Source of the DNA: Amphiscolops sp. MND2022 | Taxonomy: Eukaryota | DNA length: 64,000 nucleotides | Assembly: GCA_964187785.1 (NCBI GenBank) | Contig: OZ076409.1 | Coordinates: 25,422,001 to 25,486,000 of the forward strand | Direction of reading: 5' to 3' | Part shown: one piece after another, positions 36,381-48,800 of the stretch | Layout of the letters: each line of letters opens with the position of its first letter | Position numbering within the stretch: the stretch's first letter is position 1 | Made by a program: the position numbers and the translations under genes | Notes under the pieces: model-generated | Told to the model about the DNA's origin: nothing | The model's database searches: none | The model's input: only the letters and a program-made list of their open reading frames with translations

Positions 36381-39300
36381 CTGGAAAAATTCGTGTGAAA
36401 GAGCAACGAAGCTCGACAGTAGAGCTAGTGCTAAAAGATGTTGCAGGCGAAGACGTGCTGCTTGTGATTGAGCTAGTCGTCGACGAGGTTGTATATGATG
36501 AAGTTCTGCTTGTGGTAGAGCTGGTTGTTGAGGAGGTGGTTGGTGATGATGTGCTACTGGTTGTAGAAGATGTTGTTGACGAAGTCGTGGACGAAGTTGT
36601 AGGTGACGAAGTGCTGCTTGTGGTGGAGCTGGTTGTTGAGGATGTGGTTGGTGATGATGTGCTACTGGTTGTAGAAGATGTTGTTGACGAAGTCGTGGAA
36701 GACGTTGTGGGTGATGAAGTACTGCTTGTGGTAGAGCTGGTTGTCGAGGATGTGGTTGGTGAAGATGTGCTACTGGTTGTAGAAGATGTTGTTGACGAAG
36801 TCGTGGACGAAGTTGTAGGTGATGAAGTGCTGCTTGTGGTGAAGCTGGTTGTTGAGGATGTGGTTGGTGAAGATGTGCTACTGGTTGTAGAAGATGTTGT
36901 TGACGAAGTCGTGGACGAAGTTGTAGGCGATGAAGTGCTGCTTGTTGTGGAGCTGGTAGTTGAGGATGTTGTTGGTGATGATGTGCTACTTGTTGTTGAA
37001 CTTGTTGTTGATGAAGTTGTGGGCGATGAAGTGCTGCTTGTGGTGGAGCTGGTTGTTGAGGATGTCGTTGGTGATGATGTGCTACTGGTTGTAGAAGATG
37101 TTGTTGACGAAGTCGTGGACGAAGTTGTAGGTGATGAAGTGCTGCTTGTGGTGGAGCTCGTAGTTGAGGATGTGGTTGGCGATGATGTGCTACTTGTTGT
37201 TGAACTTGTTGTTGAAGATGTAATTGATGAAGTTGTTGGCGAAGAAGTGCTGCTTGTGGTGGAGCTGGTTGTTGAGGATGTGGTTGGTGATGACGTGCTA
37301 CTGGTTGTAGAAGATGTTGTTGGCGAAGTCGTGGACGAAGTTGTAGGTGACGAAGTGCTGCTTGTGGTGGAGCTGGTTGTTGAGGATGTGGTTGGTGATG
37401 ATGTGCTACTGGTTGTAGAAGATGTTGTTGACGAAGTCGTGGAAGACGTTGTGGGTGATGAAGTACTGCTTGTGGTAGAGCTGGTTGTCGAGGATGTGGT
37501 TGGTGAAGATGTGCTACTGGTTGTAGAAGATGTTGTTGACGAAGTCGTGGACGAAGTTGTAGGTGATGAAGTGCTGCTTGTGGTGAAGCTGGTTGTTGAG
37601 GATGTGGTTGGTGAAGATGTGCTACTTGTTGTAGAAGATGTTGTTGACGAAGTCGTGGACGAAGTTGTAGGCGATGAAGTGCTGCTTGTTGTGGAGCTGG
37701 TAGTTGAGGATGTTGTTGGTGATGATGTGCTACTTGTTGTTGAACTTGTTGTTGATGAAGTTGTGGGCGATGAAGTGCTGCTTGTGGTGGAGCTGGTTGT
37801 TGAGGATGTCGTTGGTGATGATGTGCTACTGGTTGTAGAAGATGTTGTTGACGAAGTCGTGGACGAAGTTGTAGGTGATGAAGTGCTGCTTGTGGTGGAG
37901 CTCGTAGTTGAGGATGTGGTTGGCGATGATGTGCTACTTGTTGTTGAACTTGTTGTTGAAGATGTAATTGATGAAGTTGTTGGCGAAGAAGTGCTGCTTG
38001 TGGTGGAGCTGGTTGTTGAGGATGTGGTTGGTGATGACGTGCTACTGGTTGTAGAAGATGTTGTTGGCGAAGTCGTGGACGAAGTTGTAGGTGACGATGT
38101 GCTGCTTGAAGTGGAGCTGGTTGTTGAGGATGTGGTTGGTGAAGATGTGCTACTGGTTGTAGAAGATGTTGTTGGCGAAGTCGTGGACGAAGTTGTAGGT
38201 GATGAAGTGCTGCTTGTGGTGGAGCTCGTTGTTGAGGATGTGGTTGGTGATGATGTGCTGCTTGTGATTGAACTTGTTGTTGAAGATGTAGTTGATGAAG
38301 TTGTTGGCGAAGAAGTGCTGCTTGTTGTGGAGCTGGTTGTTGAGGATGTGGTTGGTGATGATGTGCTACTGGTGGTAGAAGATGTTGTTGACGAAGTCGT
38401 GGACGACGTTGTGGGTGATGAAGTACTGCTTGTGGTAGAGCTGGTAGTTGAGGATGTTGTTGGTGATGATGTGCTACTTGTTGTTGAACTTGTTGTTGAT
38501 GAAGTTGTGGGAGATGAAGTGCTGCTAGTGGTGGAGCTGGTTGTTGAGGATGTGGTTGGTGATGACGTGCTACTGGTTGTAGAAGATGTTGTTGGCGAAG
38601 TCGTGGACGAAGTTGTAGGTGACGATGTGCTGCTTGTGGTGGAGCTGGTTGTTGAGGATGTGGTTGGTGAAGATGTGCTACTGGTTGTAGAAGATGTTGT
38701 TGGCGAAGTCGTGGACGAAGTTGTAGGTGATGAAGTGCTGCTTGTAGTGGAGCTGGTTGTTGAGGATGTGGTTGGTGATGATGTGCTGCTTGTGATTGAA
38801 CTTGTTGTTGAAGATGTAGTTGATGAAGTTGTTGGCGAAGAAGTGCTGCTTGTGGTGGAGCTGGTTGTTGAGGATGTTGTTGGTGATGATGTGCTACTGG
38901 TTGTTGAACTTGTTGTTGAAGATGTAGTTGACGAAGTTGTAGGTGACGAAGTGCTGCTTGTGGTGGAGCTGGTTGTTGAGGATGTGGTTGGTGAAGATGT
39001 GCTACTGGTTGTAGAAGATGTTGTTGACGAAGTCGTGGAAGACGTTGTGGGTGATGAAGTACTGCTTGTGGTAGAGCTGGTAGTTGAGGATGTTGTTGGT
39101 GATGATGTGCTACTTGTTGTTGAACTTGTTGTTGATGAAGTTGTGGGAGATGAAGTGCTGCTAGTGGTGGAGCTGGTTGTTGAGGATGTGGTTGGTGATG
39201 ATGTGCTACTGGTGGTAGAAGATGTCGTTGACGAAGTCGTGGACGAAGTTGTAGGTGACGAAGTGCTGCTTGTGGTGGAGCTGGTTGTTGAGGATGTGGT

Positions 39301-42300
39301 TGGTGAAGATGTGCTACTGGTTGTAGAAGATGTTGTTGACGAAGTCGTGGAAGACGTTGTGGGTGATGAAGTACTGCTTGTGGTAGAGCTGGTTGTTGAG
39401 GATGTGGTTGGTGATGATGTGCTGCTTGTGATTGAACTTGTTGTTGAAGATGTAGTTGATGAGGTTGTTGGCGAAGAAGTGCTGCTTGTGGTGGAGCTGG
39501 TAGTTGAGGATGTTGTTGGTGATGATGTGCTACTGGTTGTTGAACTTGTTGTTGAAGATGTAGTTGATGAAGTTGTTGGCGAAGAAGTGCTGCTTGTGGT
39601 GGAGCTGGTTGTTGAGGATGTGGTTGGTGATGATGTGCTACTGGTGGTAGAAGATGTCGTTGACGAAGTCGTGGACGAAGTTGTAGGTGACGAAGTGCTG
39701 CTTGTGGTGGAGCTGGTTGTTGAGGATGTGGTTGGTGAAGATGTGCTACTGGTTGTAGAAGATGTTGTTGACGAAGTCGTGGAAGACGTTGTGGGTGATG
39801 AAGTACTGCTTGTGGTAGAGCTGGTAGTTGAGGATGTTGTTGGTGATGATGTGCTACTTGTTGTTGAACTTGTTGTTGATGAAGTTGTGGGAGATGAAGT
39901 GCTGCTAGTGGTGGAGCTGGTTGTTGAGGATGTGGTTGGTGATGATGTGCTACTGGTGGTAGAAGATGTCGTTGACGAAGTCGTGGACGAAGTTGTAGGT
40001 GACGAAGTGCTGCTTGTGGTGGAGCTGGTTGTTGAGGATGTGGTTGGTGAAGATGTGCTACTGGTTGTAGAAGATGTTGTTGACGAAGTCGTGGAAGACG
40101 TTGTGGGTGATGAAGTACTGCTTGTGGTAGAGCTGGTAGTTGAGGATGTTGTTGGTGATGATGTGCTACTGGTGGTAGAAGATGTCGTTGACGAAGTCGT
40201 GGACGAAGTTGTAGGTGACGAAGTGCTGCTTGTGGTGGAGCTGGTTGTTGAGGATGTGGTTGGTGAAGATGTGCTGCTGGTTGTAGAAGATGTTGTTGAC
40301 GAAGTCGTGGAAGACGTTGTGGGTGATGAAGTACTGCTTGTGGTAGAGCTGGTAGTTGAGGATGTTGTTGGTGATGATGTGCTACTTGTGGTTGAACTTG
40401 TTGTTGATGAAGTTGTAGGTGATGAAGTGCTGCTTGTGGTGGAGCTCGTTGTTGAGGATGTGGTTGGTGATGATGTGCTGCTTGTGATTGAACTTGTTGT
40501 TGAAGATGTAGTTGATGAAGTTGTTGGCGAAGAAGTGCTGCTTGTGGTGGAGCTGGTTGTTGAGGATGTCGTTGGTGATGATGTGCTACTGGTTGTAAAA
40601 GATGTCGTTGACGAAGTCGTGGACGAAGTTGTAGGTGATGAAGTGCTGCTTGTGGTGGAGCTCGTTGTTGAGGATGTGGTTGGTGATGATGTGCTACTTG
40701 TTGTTGAACTTGTTGTTGAAGATGTAGTTGATGAAGTTGTTGGCGAAGAAGTGCTGCTTGTGGTGGAGCTGGTTGTTGAGGATGTGGTTGGTGATGATGT
40801 GCTACTGGTGGTAGCAGATGTCGTTGACGAAGTCGTGGACGAAGTTGTAGGTGACGAAGTGCTGCTTGTGGTGGAGCTGGTTGTTGAGGATGTGGTTGGT
40901 GAAGATGTGCTACTTGTGGTTGAACTTGTTGTTGATGAAGTTGTAGGTGATGAAGTGCTGCTTGTGGTGGAGCTCGTTGTTGAGGATGTGGTTGGTGATG
41001 ATGTGCTGCTTGTGATTGAACTTGTTGTTGAAGATGTAGTTGATGAAGTTGTTGGCGAAGAAGTGCTGCTTGTGGTGGAGCTGGTTGTTGAGGATGTCGT
41101 TGGTGATGATGTGCTACTGGTTGTAAAAGATGTCGTTGACGAAGTCGTGGACGAAGTTGTAGGTGATGAAGTGCTGCTTGTGGTGGAGCTCGTTGTTGAG
41201 GATGTGGTTGGTGATGATGTGCTACTTGTTGTTGAACTTGTTGTTGAAGATGTAGTTGATGAAGTTGTTGGCGAAGAAGTGCTGCTTGTGGTGGAGCTGG
41301 TTGTTGAGGATGTGGTTGGTGAAGATGTGCTACTGGTTGTTGAACTTGTTGTTGATGAAGTTATGGGCGACGAAGTGCTGCTTGTGGTGGAGCTGGTTGT
41401 TGAGGATGTGGTTGGTGAAGATGTGCTACTGGTTGTAGAAGATGTTGTTGACGAAGTCGTGGAAGACGTTGTGGGTGATGAAGTACTGCTTGTGGTAGAA
41501 CTGGTAGTTGAGGATGTTGTTGGTGATGATGTGCTACTTGTTGTTGAACTTGTTGTTGATGAAGTTATGGGCGACGAAGTGCTGCTTGTGGTGGAGCTGG
41601 TTGTTGAGGATGTGGTTGGTGAAGATGTGCTACTGGTTGTAGAAGATGTTGTTGACGAAGTCGTGGAAGACGTTGTGGGTGATGAAGTACTGCTTGTGGT
41701 AGAGCTGGTAGTTGAGGATGTTGTTGGTGATGTTGTGCTACTTGTTGTTGAACTTGTTGTTGATGAAGTTGTAGGTGACGAAGTGCTGCTTGTGGTGGAG
41801 CTGCTTGTTGAGGATGTGGTTGGTGATGATGTGCTACTGGTTGTAGAAGATGTTGTCGATGAAGTCGTGGACGAAGTTGTGGGCGATGAAGTGCTGCTTG
41901 TAGTAGAGCTAGTCGTCGACGATGTTGTTGGTGACGAAGTGCTGCTTGTTGTAGAGCTAGTCGTAGATGACGTCGTTGGTGATGAAGTGCTGCTTGTTGT
42001 CGAGCTCGTCGTGGATGATGTCGTTGGTGATGAAGTACTGCTTGTTGTAGAGCTAGTCGTAGATGATGTCGTTGGTGACGAAGTGCTGCTTGTTGTAGAG
42101 CTAGTCGTAGATGATGTCGTTGATGACGAAGTGCTGCTTGTTGTAGAGCTAGTCGTAGATGATGTCGTTGGTGACGAAGTGCTGCTTGTTGTAGAGCTGG
42201 TTGTTGATGAAGTTGTTGGCGAGGAAGTACTGCTTGTTGTAGAGCTAGTCGTAGATGATGTCGTTGGTGACGAAGTGCTGCTTGTTGTAGAGCTAGTCGT

Positions 42301-42961
42301 AGATGATGTTGTTGGTGATGAAGTACTGCTTGTTGTAGAGCTAGTCGTAGATGATGTCGTTGGTGACGAAGTGCTGCTTGTTGTAGAGCTAGTCGTAGAT
42401 GATGTCGTTGGTGATGAAGTACTGCTTGTTGTAGAGCTAGTCGTAGATGATGTCGTTGGTGACGAAGTGCTGCTTGTTGTAGAGCTAGTCGTAGATGATG
42501 TCGTAGGTGACGAAGTGCTGCTTGTTGTAGAGCTAGTCGTAGATGATGTCGTAGGTGACGAAGTGCTGCTTGTTGTAGAGCTAGTCGTAGATGATGTCGT
42601 TGCTGACGAAGTGCTGCTTGTTGTAGAGCTAGTCGTAGATGATGTCGTTGGTGATGAAGTACTGCTGGTTGTAGAGCTAGTCGTAGATGATGTCGTTGGT
42701 GACGAAGTGCTGCTTGTTGTAGAGCTAGTCGTAGATGATGTCGTTGGTGACGAAGTGCTACTTGTTGTAGAGCTAGTCGTAGATGATGTCGTTGGTGACG
42801 AAGTGCTGCTTGTTGTAGAGCTATTCGTAGATGATGTCGTTGGTGATGAAGTACTGCTTGTCGTAGAACTTGTCGTGGATGAAGTGGTTGGTGATGATGT
42901 GTTGCTTGTAGATGGTGGGGTTGTTGGTAAACGTGAAGCCGTTGAAATGCTGTTCGTTGAT
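36381..42961 (-). CDS. Mucin PTS exon 2 (6,581 nt; ~2,190 aa Ser/Thr/Pro repeats)
   Basis: Acceptor ttttctag at 42962-63, then STNSISTASRLPTTPP, (TTSSTTSSTSSP)n, and TVELRCSFTRIFP. Phase-1 donor G|gtcagg chosen because it matches the next exon; an alternative donor at 36376 is phase 0. Confidence 0.88.
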
Positions 42962-43076
42962 CTAGAAAAAACTCAAGTGTACCCGGCTGCAGAATTATAG
43001 GTATGTTACGTGTGACCGTTTTGCAGTTACCCACGTTTTCAAAAATGGCTGTTTTTGCGCACAAATTATTACTTAC

Positions 43077-43130
43077 GATTGAGATGATGACGAGGATTGC
43101 AGTGTCGGAATACGAGGTTCCTCGGTTGGG
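43077..43130 (-). CDS. Mucin 54-nt linker mini-exon
   Basis: PTEEPRIPTLQSSSSQS; acceptor ttttttag, donor gtaagt, phase 2-2. Confidence 0.85.
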
Positions 43131-45818
43131 CTAAAAAATAAATGTTCCTCAAAACTTGCGAAGTCTCAGTGTACCCTCTTGGTGATACAAATTTCACTAG
43201 CTTTCAATATTCTCCGTGAGTAGTGTTTTCGCGAGTAATCAGCGATATATTATGAAGATGTTTTTCAAACCGCTAGTGTTCACTGTTTTGATAACAAAAG
43301 ATAAAGAGATGCATTACAGCAGCTGAACTGGCAACGTTTTCAGTGCTAAAATTTTCCGATTAGCCATATTACCTAAATCCTGAATCGTTTTTATTACAAC
43401 TTTACCGATTTAGGTCTCACTGCTGAAAATCAAAAATATGCTGAATTAGTTAGTTTCTCTTTAAAATGTGCATTCGGATCACGCTCAAGACTTTGTAAAT
43501 GTTTTCAAATTAAACTATACTGTCGGAGTTTTCGTCAGTCATATTGAAGTTTTCGTCGAAGGAATGGCAAAAATTGACCAAAAATAAACGTTACATCCGA
43601 ATTAAATGTCATGAAGATGATGGGAATGGAACATCCGAATCTAACCGGAGTCAAACGTTTGTATCTTTTCCAAGTTTTGGAAAACTAATTCATGCATTTA
43701 CTGCATTAAGAGTTCCAAAATTACTGTTCGAAGAAGCATCCGTCGTGCATTCGTCCTCGCAAGATATAATACAGTTCGGGAAGGACGTTAACTATTCAGA
43801 TATGGGGCATTTTTATCGTTATATAATAAAATAAAAACGGTAATATTGTTCATCTGGAAACTACTGACCACACTGACCAATCCAACACACATTCTGGCGA
43901 AACGTAAAATGATACGAACATGACATGACGTCAAAAACTTGGGCTCAACGCGTTTCCCACTGTTATGCACGTTTGATTGGAAAAAGGGCAACTTTATTGT
44001 TGCAATTGAAAAGATACAAAAGCTCGACATAGATCTTATTCGATTTTTTTATTATTTCTGGCAACACCTAAAACAACTTCGGGTGAAATTTTGAATAAAA
44101 CTTGGATACAAAGTAATCGATTCGGTTAGAGAACGTTTTTTATCGAAACAGGCATTGTGCCGGTGACCAACATTTTTATGTAAATTCGAACAGATACAGA
44201 ATCTAGACACTCAAGAGGTACGAAATCCCACCATGCGCGACACAATTTGATTGAACCAATATCAAAAACGCGCACGTCGGAAAAAGTCTTAAGTGGGAAC
44301 TTTTCAGGTCAAAAACACGTTTCTTTCCGAAAACCTTGAGAAAAGAAAAGACCCTTCAGTACCAAAACATTTGCCCATGAATGTAGCACAATGCCCAAAT
44401 AAACCAAAATAACGAATTTCTTCAGCAAAAAACTTTTGCAATTACTGAGTTAACAATTCTGCGACCTTGTTTTGATGCTGGCAAAAGCGTTCTCGCTTTT
44501 TTGGTTTTTAAAGTTCAGGGAAAATTACCTTTTGAGTGGGCTCAAGGTCTAAATTACCTCCAAATATGCCAGAAGGCTGTTTTTGATACTTTTACATTAG
44601 TAGTTGAACTTCGAGAAAAATGTTTCTGAACAAAACTTGTTCGTTTAACTGCCGCAAAACCAAAGCACGTTTTTAGCTAGCAAACGGGGGATGCATTACG
44701 ATACATATGCCGCAAAAGTGGAATTTACCATCAAGTGTCAAATGTATTTTCCGTAAAACGAGAGCGAACCGTATTCTAGTCAAACAGTGCAGTGTGTTCA
44801 TTGTGAACTTTGATGCACAGTGTAATCAGAAATTGCGGATTGTGGTCATTGAGCGTAATTAGAGAAAAGTGGAAACCAGTCAAGAATTTTCAACTTACAA
44901 TTGGCTCAATTCTGTAACGTGTATAAAGCGTAAATTAGTCAATCTTTGACTAGAATTCACTTTTCGAGTACTTAGAAATATCATTCACTGAAAACAGTGA
45001 AAGTGATCAAAGTTTGACTACTTTACACCAAACAAACGATTCAAAAACGATTTATTTAACAAAAACAATTCACATTGTAATTACAGTCGGTTATTGGTGT
45101 GACTGCTTTACACTATTCGCTTTGACTGGTTTTGAATAATTTCACTAATTTACATAATTGCATTCGTGAACTCACATGGGTAGGAATAGAAAAGAGCCTT
45201 AATGTGTTATGTTTTGTGTCAAAAATGTTGCGCAGTGCTTAATAAACCCAAAGACCTTTCGTCTCTTTTCTCTTTTTGCAAACAAAAAATTTTTGGTCTG
45301 GGGCGTCACTCGAACCCACATACTCCTGCTGTCCCCAGCCGGATCACCAGTTATATAACTCCACGGTAACCTCCAGGCCAAGTGGAGAGTACTTTCTAGC
45401 CTTCCACCAGCATATGGTAGTTAGTTGCAAAAATTGTGAAAAAAGTTCCCGTGCTGAAGGTATTTTTTTTTCAAAAGAAAACGAGAAAATATTGCAATAC
45501 CAGTGCGCATCTCAATTTTGGTCTTTCCTTTATCTTTGCAAGCATAAAAACATGAATTGATGTCGGAATCGAACCCACGTACTCTTGTTTCTCAGGCCCC
45601 GTCACCTGAACTGCTAAACCAAAATGAGCGGAGCAAGTTAGCAAGTTAGTTACAAGATATCATAGAAAGAACTTATTGAACTTTTGGAAACGTGTCAAGA
45701 CGCCAGTCTTTGGAAACGAATAAAGCCGCCTACAAAAACTTGCTGGGAGATCGATGCTCATTGTCTAAGCTATCTACTTTAAACAACAATGAGTTAAAGT
45801 GATTTAGGAACATAATAC

Positions 45819-48800
45819 CTTGTGGTGGGCGATGAGGTGCTGCTGCTTGTTGAAGATGTTGTAGGTGATGAAGTGCTGCTTGTTGTAGAGCTTGTCGTTA
45901 ATGACGTCGTCGGTGATGATGTGCTGCTTGTTGTTGACGATGTCGTCGACGATGTTGTACTGCTTGTTGTCGAGCTCGTCGTGGATGAGGTTGTTGGCGA
46001 TGATGTGCTGCTTGTCGTAGAGCTTGTCGTAGAGCTTGTCGTAGAGGATGTCGTTGGTGATGAAGTACTGCTTGTTGTAGAGCTTGTCGTCGACGATGTC
46101 GTTGGTGATGAAGTGCTGCTTGTTGTCGAGCTCGTTGTGGATGATGTTGTTGGTGATGAAGTGCTGCTTGTTGTAGAGCTAGTCGTAGAGGATGTCGTTG
46201 GTGATGAAGTACTGCTGCTTGTTGAAGATGTTGTAGGTGATGAAGTGCTGCTTGTTGTGAAGCTTGTCGTTGATGACGTCGTCGGTGATGATGTGCTGCT
46301 TGTTGTTGACGATGTCGTCGAAGATGTTGTACTGCTTGTTGTTGAGCTCGTCGTGGATGATGTTGTTGGTGATGAAGTGCTGCTTGTCGTAGATGATGTC
46401 GTTGGTGATGAAGTGCTGCTTGTTGTGGAGCTTGTCGTAGACGACGTGGTCGGTGATGAAGTGCTGCTTGTTGTGGGCGATGTCGTCGATGATGTTGTAC
46501 TGCTTGTGGTGGAGCTAGTCGTAGATGAAGTTGTGGGTGATGATGTGCTGCTTGTTGTAGAGCTTGTCGTCGACGATGTCGTTGGTGACGAAGTGCTGCT
46601 TGTTGTAGAGCTAGTCGTAGAGGATGTTGTTGGTGATGAAGTACTGCTGGTTGTTGATGATGTTGTAGGTGATGAAGTACTGCTTGTTGTGGAGCTTGTC
46701 GTAGACGACGTGGTCGGTGATGAAGTGCTGCTGGTTGTGGACGATGTCGTCGAAGATGTTGTACTGCTTGTTGTTGAGCTCGTCGTGGATGATGTTGTTG
46801 GTGATGAAGTGCTGCTTGTCGTAGATGATGTCGTTGGTGATGAAGTGCTGCTTGTTGTGGAGCTTGTCGTAGACGACGTGGTCGGTGATGAAGTGCTGCT
46901 TGTTGTTGGCGATGTCGTCGATGATGTTGTACTGCTTGTGGTGGAGCTAGTCGTAGATGAAGTTGTGGGTGATGTTGTACTGCTTGTGGTGGAGCTAGTC
47001 GTAGATGAAGTTGTTGGTGATGAAGTGCTGCTTGTCGTAGAGCTTGTCGTAGAGCTTGTCGTAGAGGATGTCGTTGGTGATGAAGTACTGCTTGTTGTAG
47101 AGCTTGTCGTCGACGATGTCGTTGGTGATGAAGTGCTGCTTGTTGTCGAGCTCGTTGTGGATGATGTTGTTGGTGATGAAGTGCTGCTTGTTGTAGAGCT
47201 AGTCGTAGAGGATGTCGTTGGTGATGAAGTACTGCTGCTTGTTGAAGATGTTGTAGGTGATGAAGTGCTGCTTGTTGTGAAGCTTGTCGTTGATGACGTC
47301 GTCGGTGATGATGTGCTGCTTGTTGTTGACGATGTCGTCGAAGATGTTGTACTGCTTGTTGTTGAGCTCGTCGTGGATGATGTTGTTGGTGATGAAGTGC
47401 TGCTTGTCGTAGATGATGTCGTTGGTGATGAAGTGCTGCTTGTTGTGGAGCTTGTCGTAGACGACGTGGTCGGTGATGAAGTGCTGCTTGTTGTGGGCGA
47501 TGTCGTCGATGATGTTGTACTGCTTGTTGTTGAGCTCGTCGTGGATGATGTTGTTGGTGATGAAGTGCTGCTTGTCGTAGATGATGTCGTTGGTGATGAA
47601 GTGCTGCTTGTTGTGGAGCTTGTCGTAGACGACGTGGTCGGTGATGAAGTGCTGCTTGTTGTGGGCGATGTCGTCGATGATGTTGTACTGCTTGTGGTGG
47701 AGCTAGTCGTAGATGAAGTTGTGGGTGATGATGTGCTGCTTGTTGTAGAGCTTGTCGTCGACGATGTCGTTGGTGACGAAGTGCTGCTTGTTGTAGAGCT
47801 AGTCGTAGAGGATGTTGTTGGTGATGAAGTACTGCTGGTTGTTGATGATGTTGTAGGTGATGAAGTACTGCTTGTTGTGGAGCTTGTCGTTGATGACGTC
47901 GTCGGTGATGATGTGCTGCTTGTTGTTGACGATGTCGTCGAAGATGTTGTACTGCTTGTTGTTGAGCTCGTCGTGGATGATGTTGTTGGTGATGAAGTGC
48001 TGCTTGTCGTAGATGATGTCGTTGGTGATGAAGTGCTGCTTGTTGTGGATCTTGTCGTAGACGACGTGGTCGGTGATGAAGTGCTGCTTGTTGTGGGCGA
48101 TGTCGTCGATGATGTTGTACTGCTTGTGGTGGAGCTAGTCGTAGATGAAGTTGTGGGTGATGATGTGCTGCTTGTTGTAGAGCTTGTCGTCGACGATGTC
48201 GTTGGTGACGAAGTGCTGCTTGTTGTAGAGCTAGTCGTAGAGGATGTTGTTGGTGATGAAGTTCTGCTGGTTGTTGATGATGTTGTAGGTGATGAAGTAC
48301 TGCTTGTTGTGGAGCTTGTCGTAGACGACGTGGTCGGTGATGAAGTGCTGCTGGTTGTGGACGATGTCGTCGAAGATGTTGTACTGCTTGTTGTTGAGCT
48401 CGTCGTGGATGATGTTGTTGGTGATGAAGTGCTGCTTGTCGTAGATGATGTCGTTGGTGATGAAGTGCTGCTTGTTGTGGAGCTTGTCGTAGACGACGTG
48501 GTCGGTGATGAAGTGCTGCTTGTTGTGGGCGATGTCGTCGATGATGTTGTACTGCTTGTGGTGGAGCTAGTCGTAGATGAAGTTGTGGGTGATGTTGTAC
48601 TGCTTGTGGTGGAGCTAGTCGTAGATGAAGTTGTTGGTGATGAAGTGCTGCTTGTTGTCGAGCTTGTCGTGGAGGATGTCGTTGGTGATGAAGTACTGCT
48701 GGTTGTTGATGATGTTGTAGGTGATGAAGTACTGCTTGTTGTGGAGCTAGTCGTAGAGGATGTCGTTGGTGATGAAGTACTGCTTGTTGTGAAGCTTGTC

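Noticed and set aside
41565..43064. 499-aa Q/H/R/L-rich minus-strand ORF (and similar 58643-59065)
   Set aside because: Alternative frame of the repeat; incompatible with exon phases.
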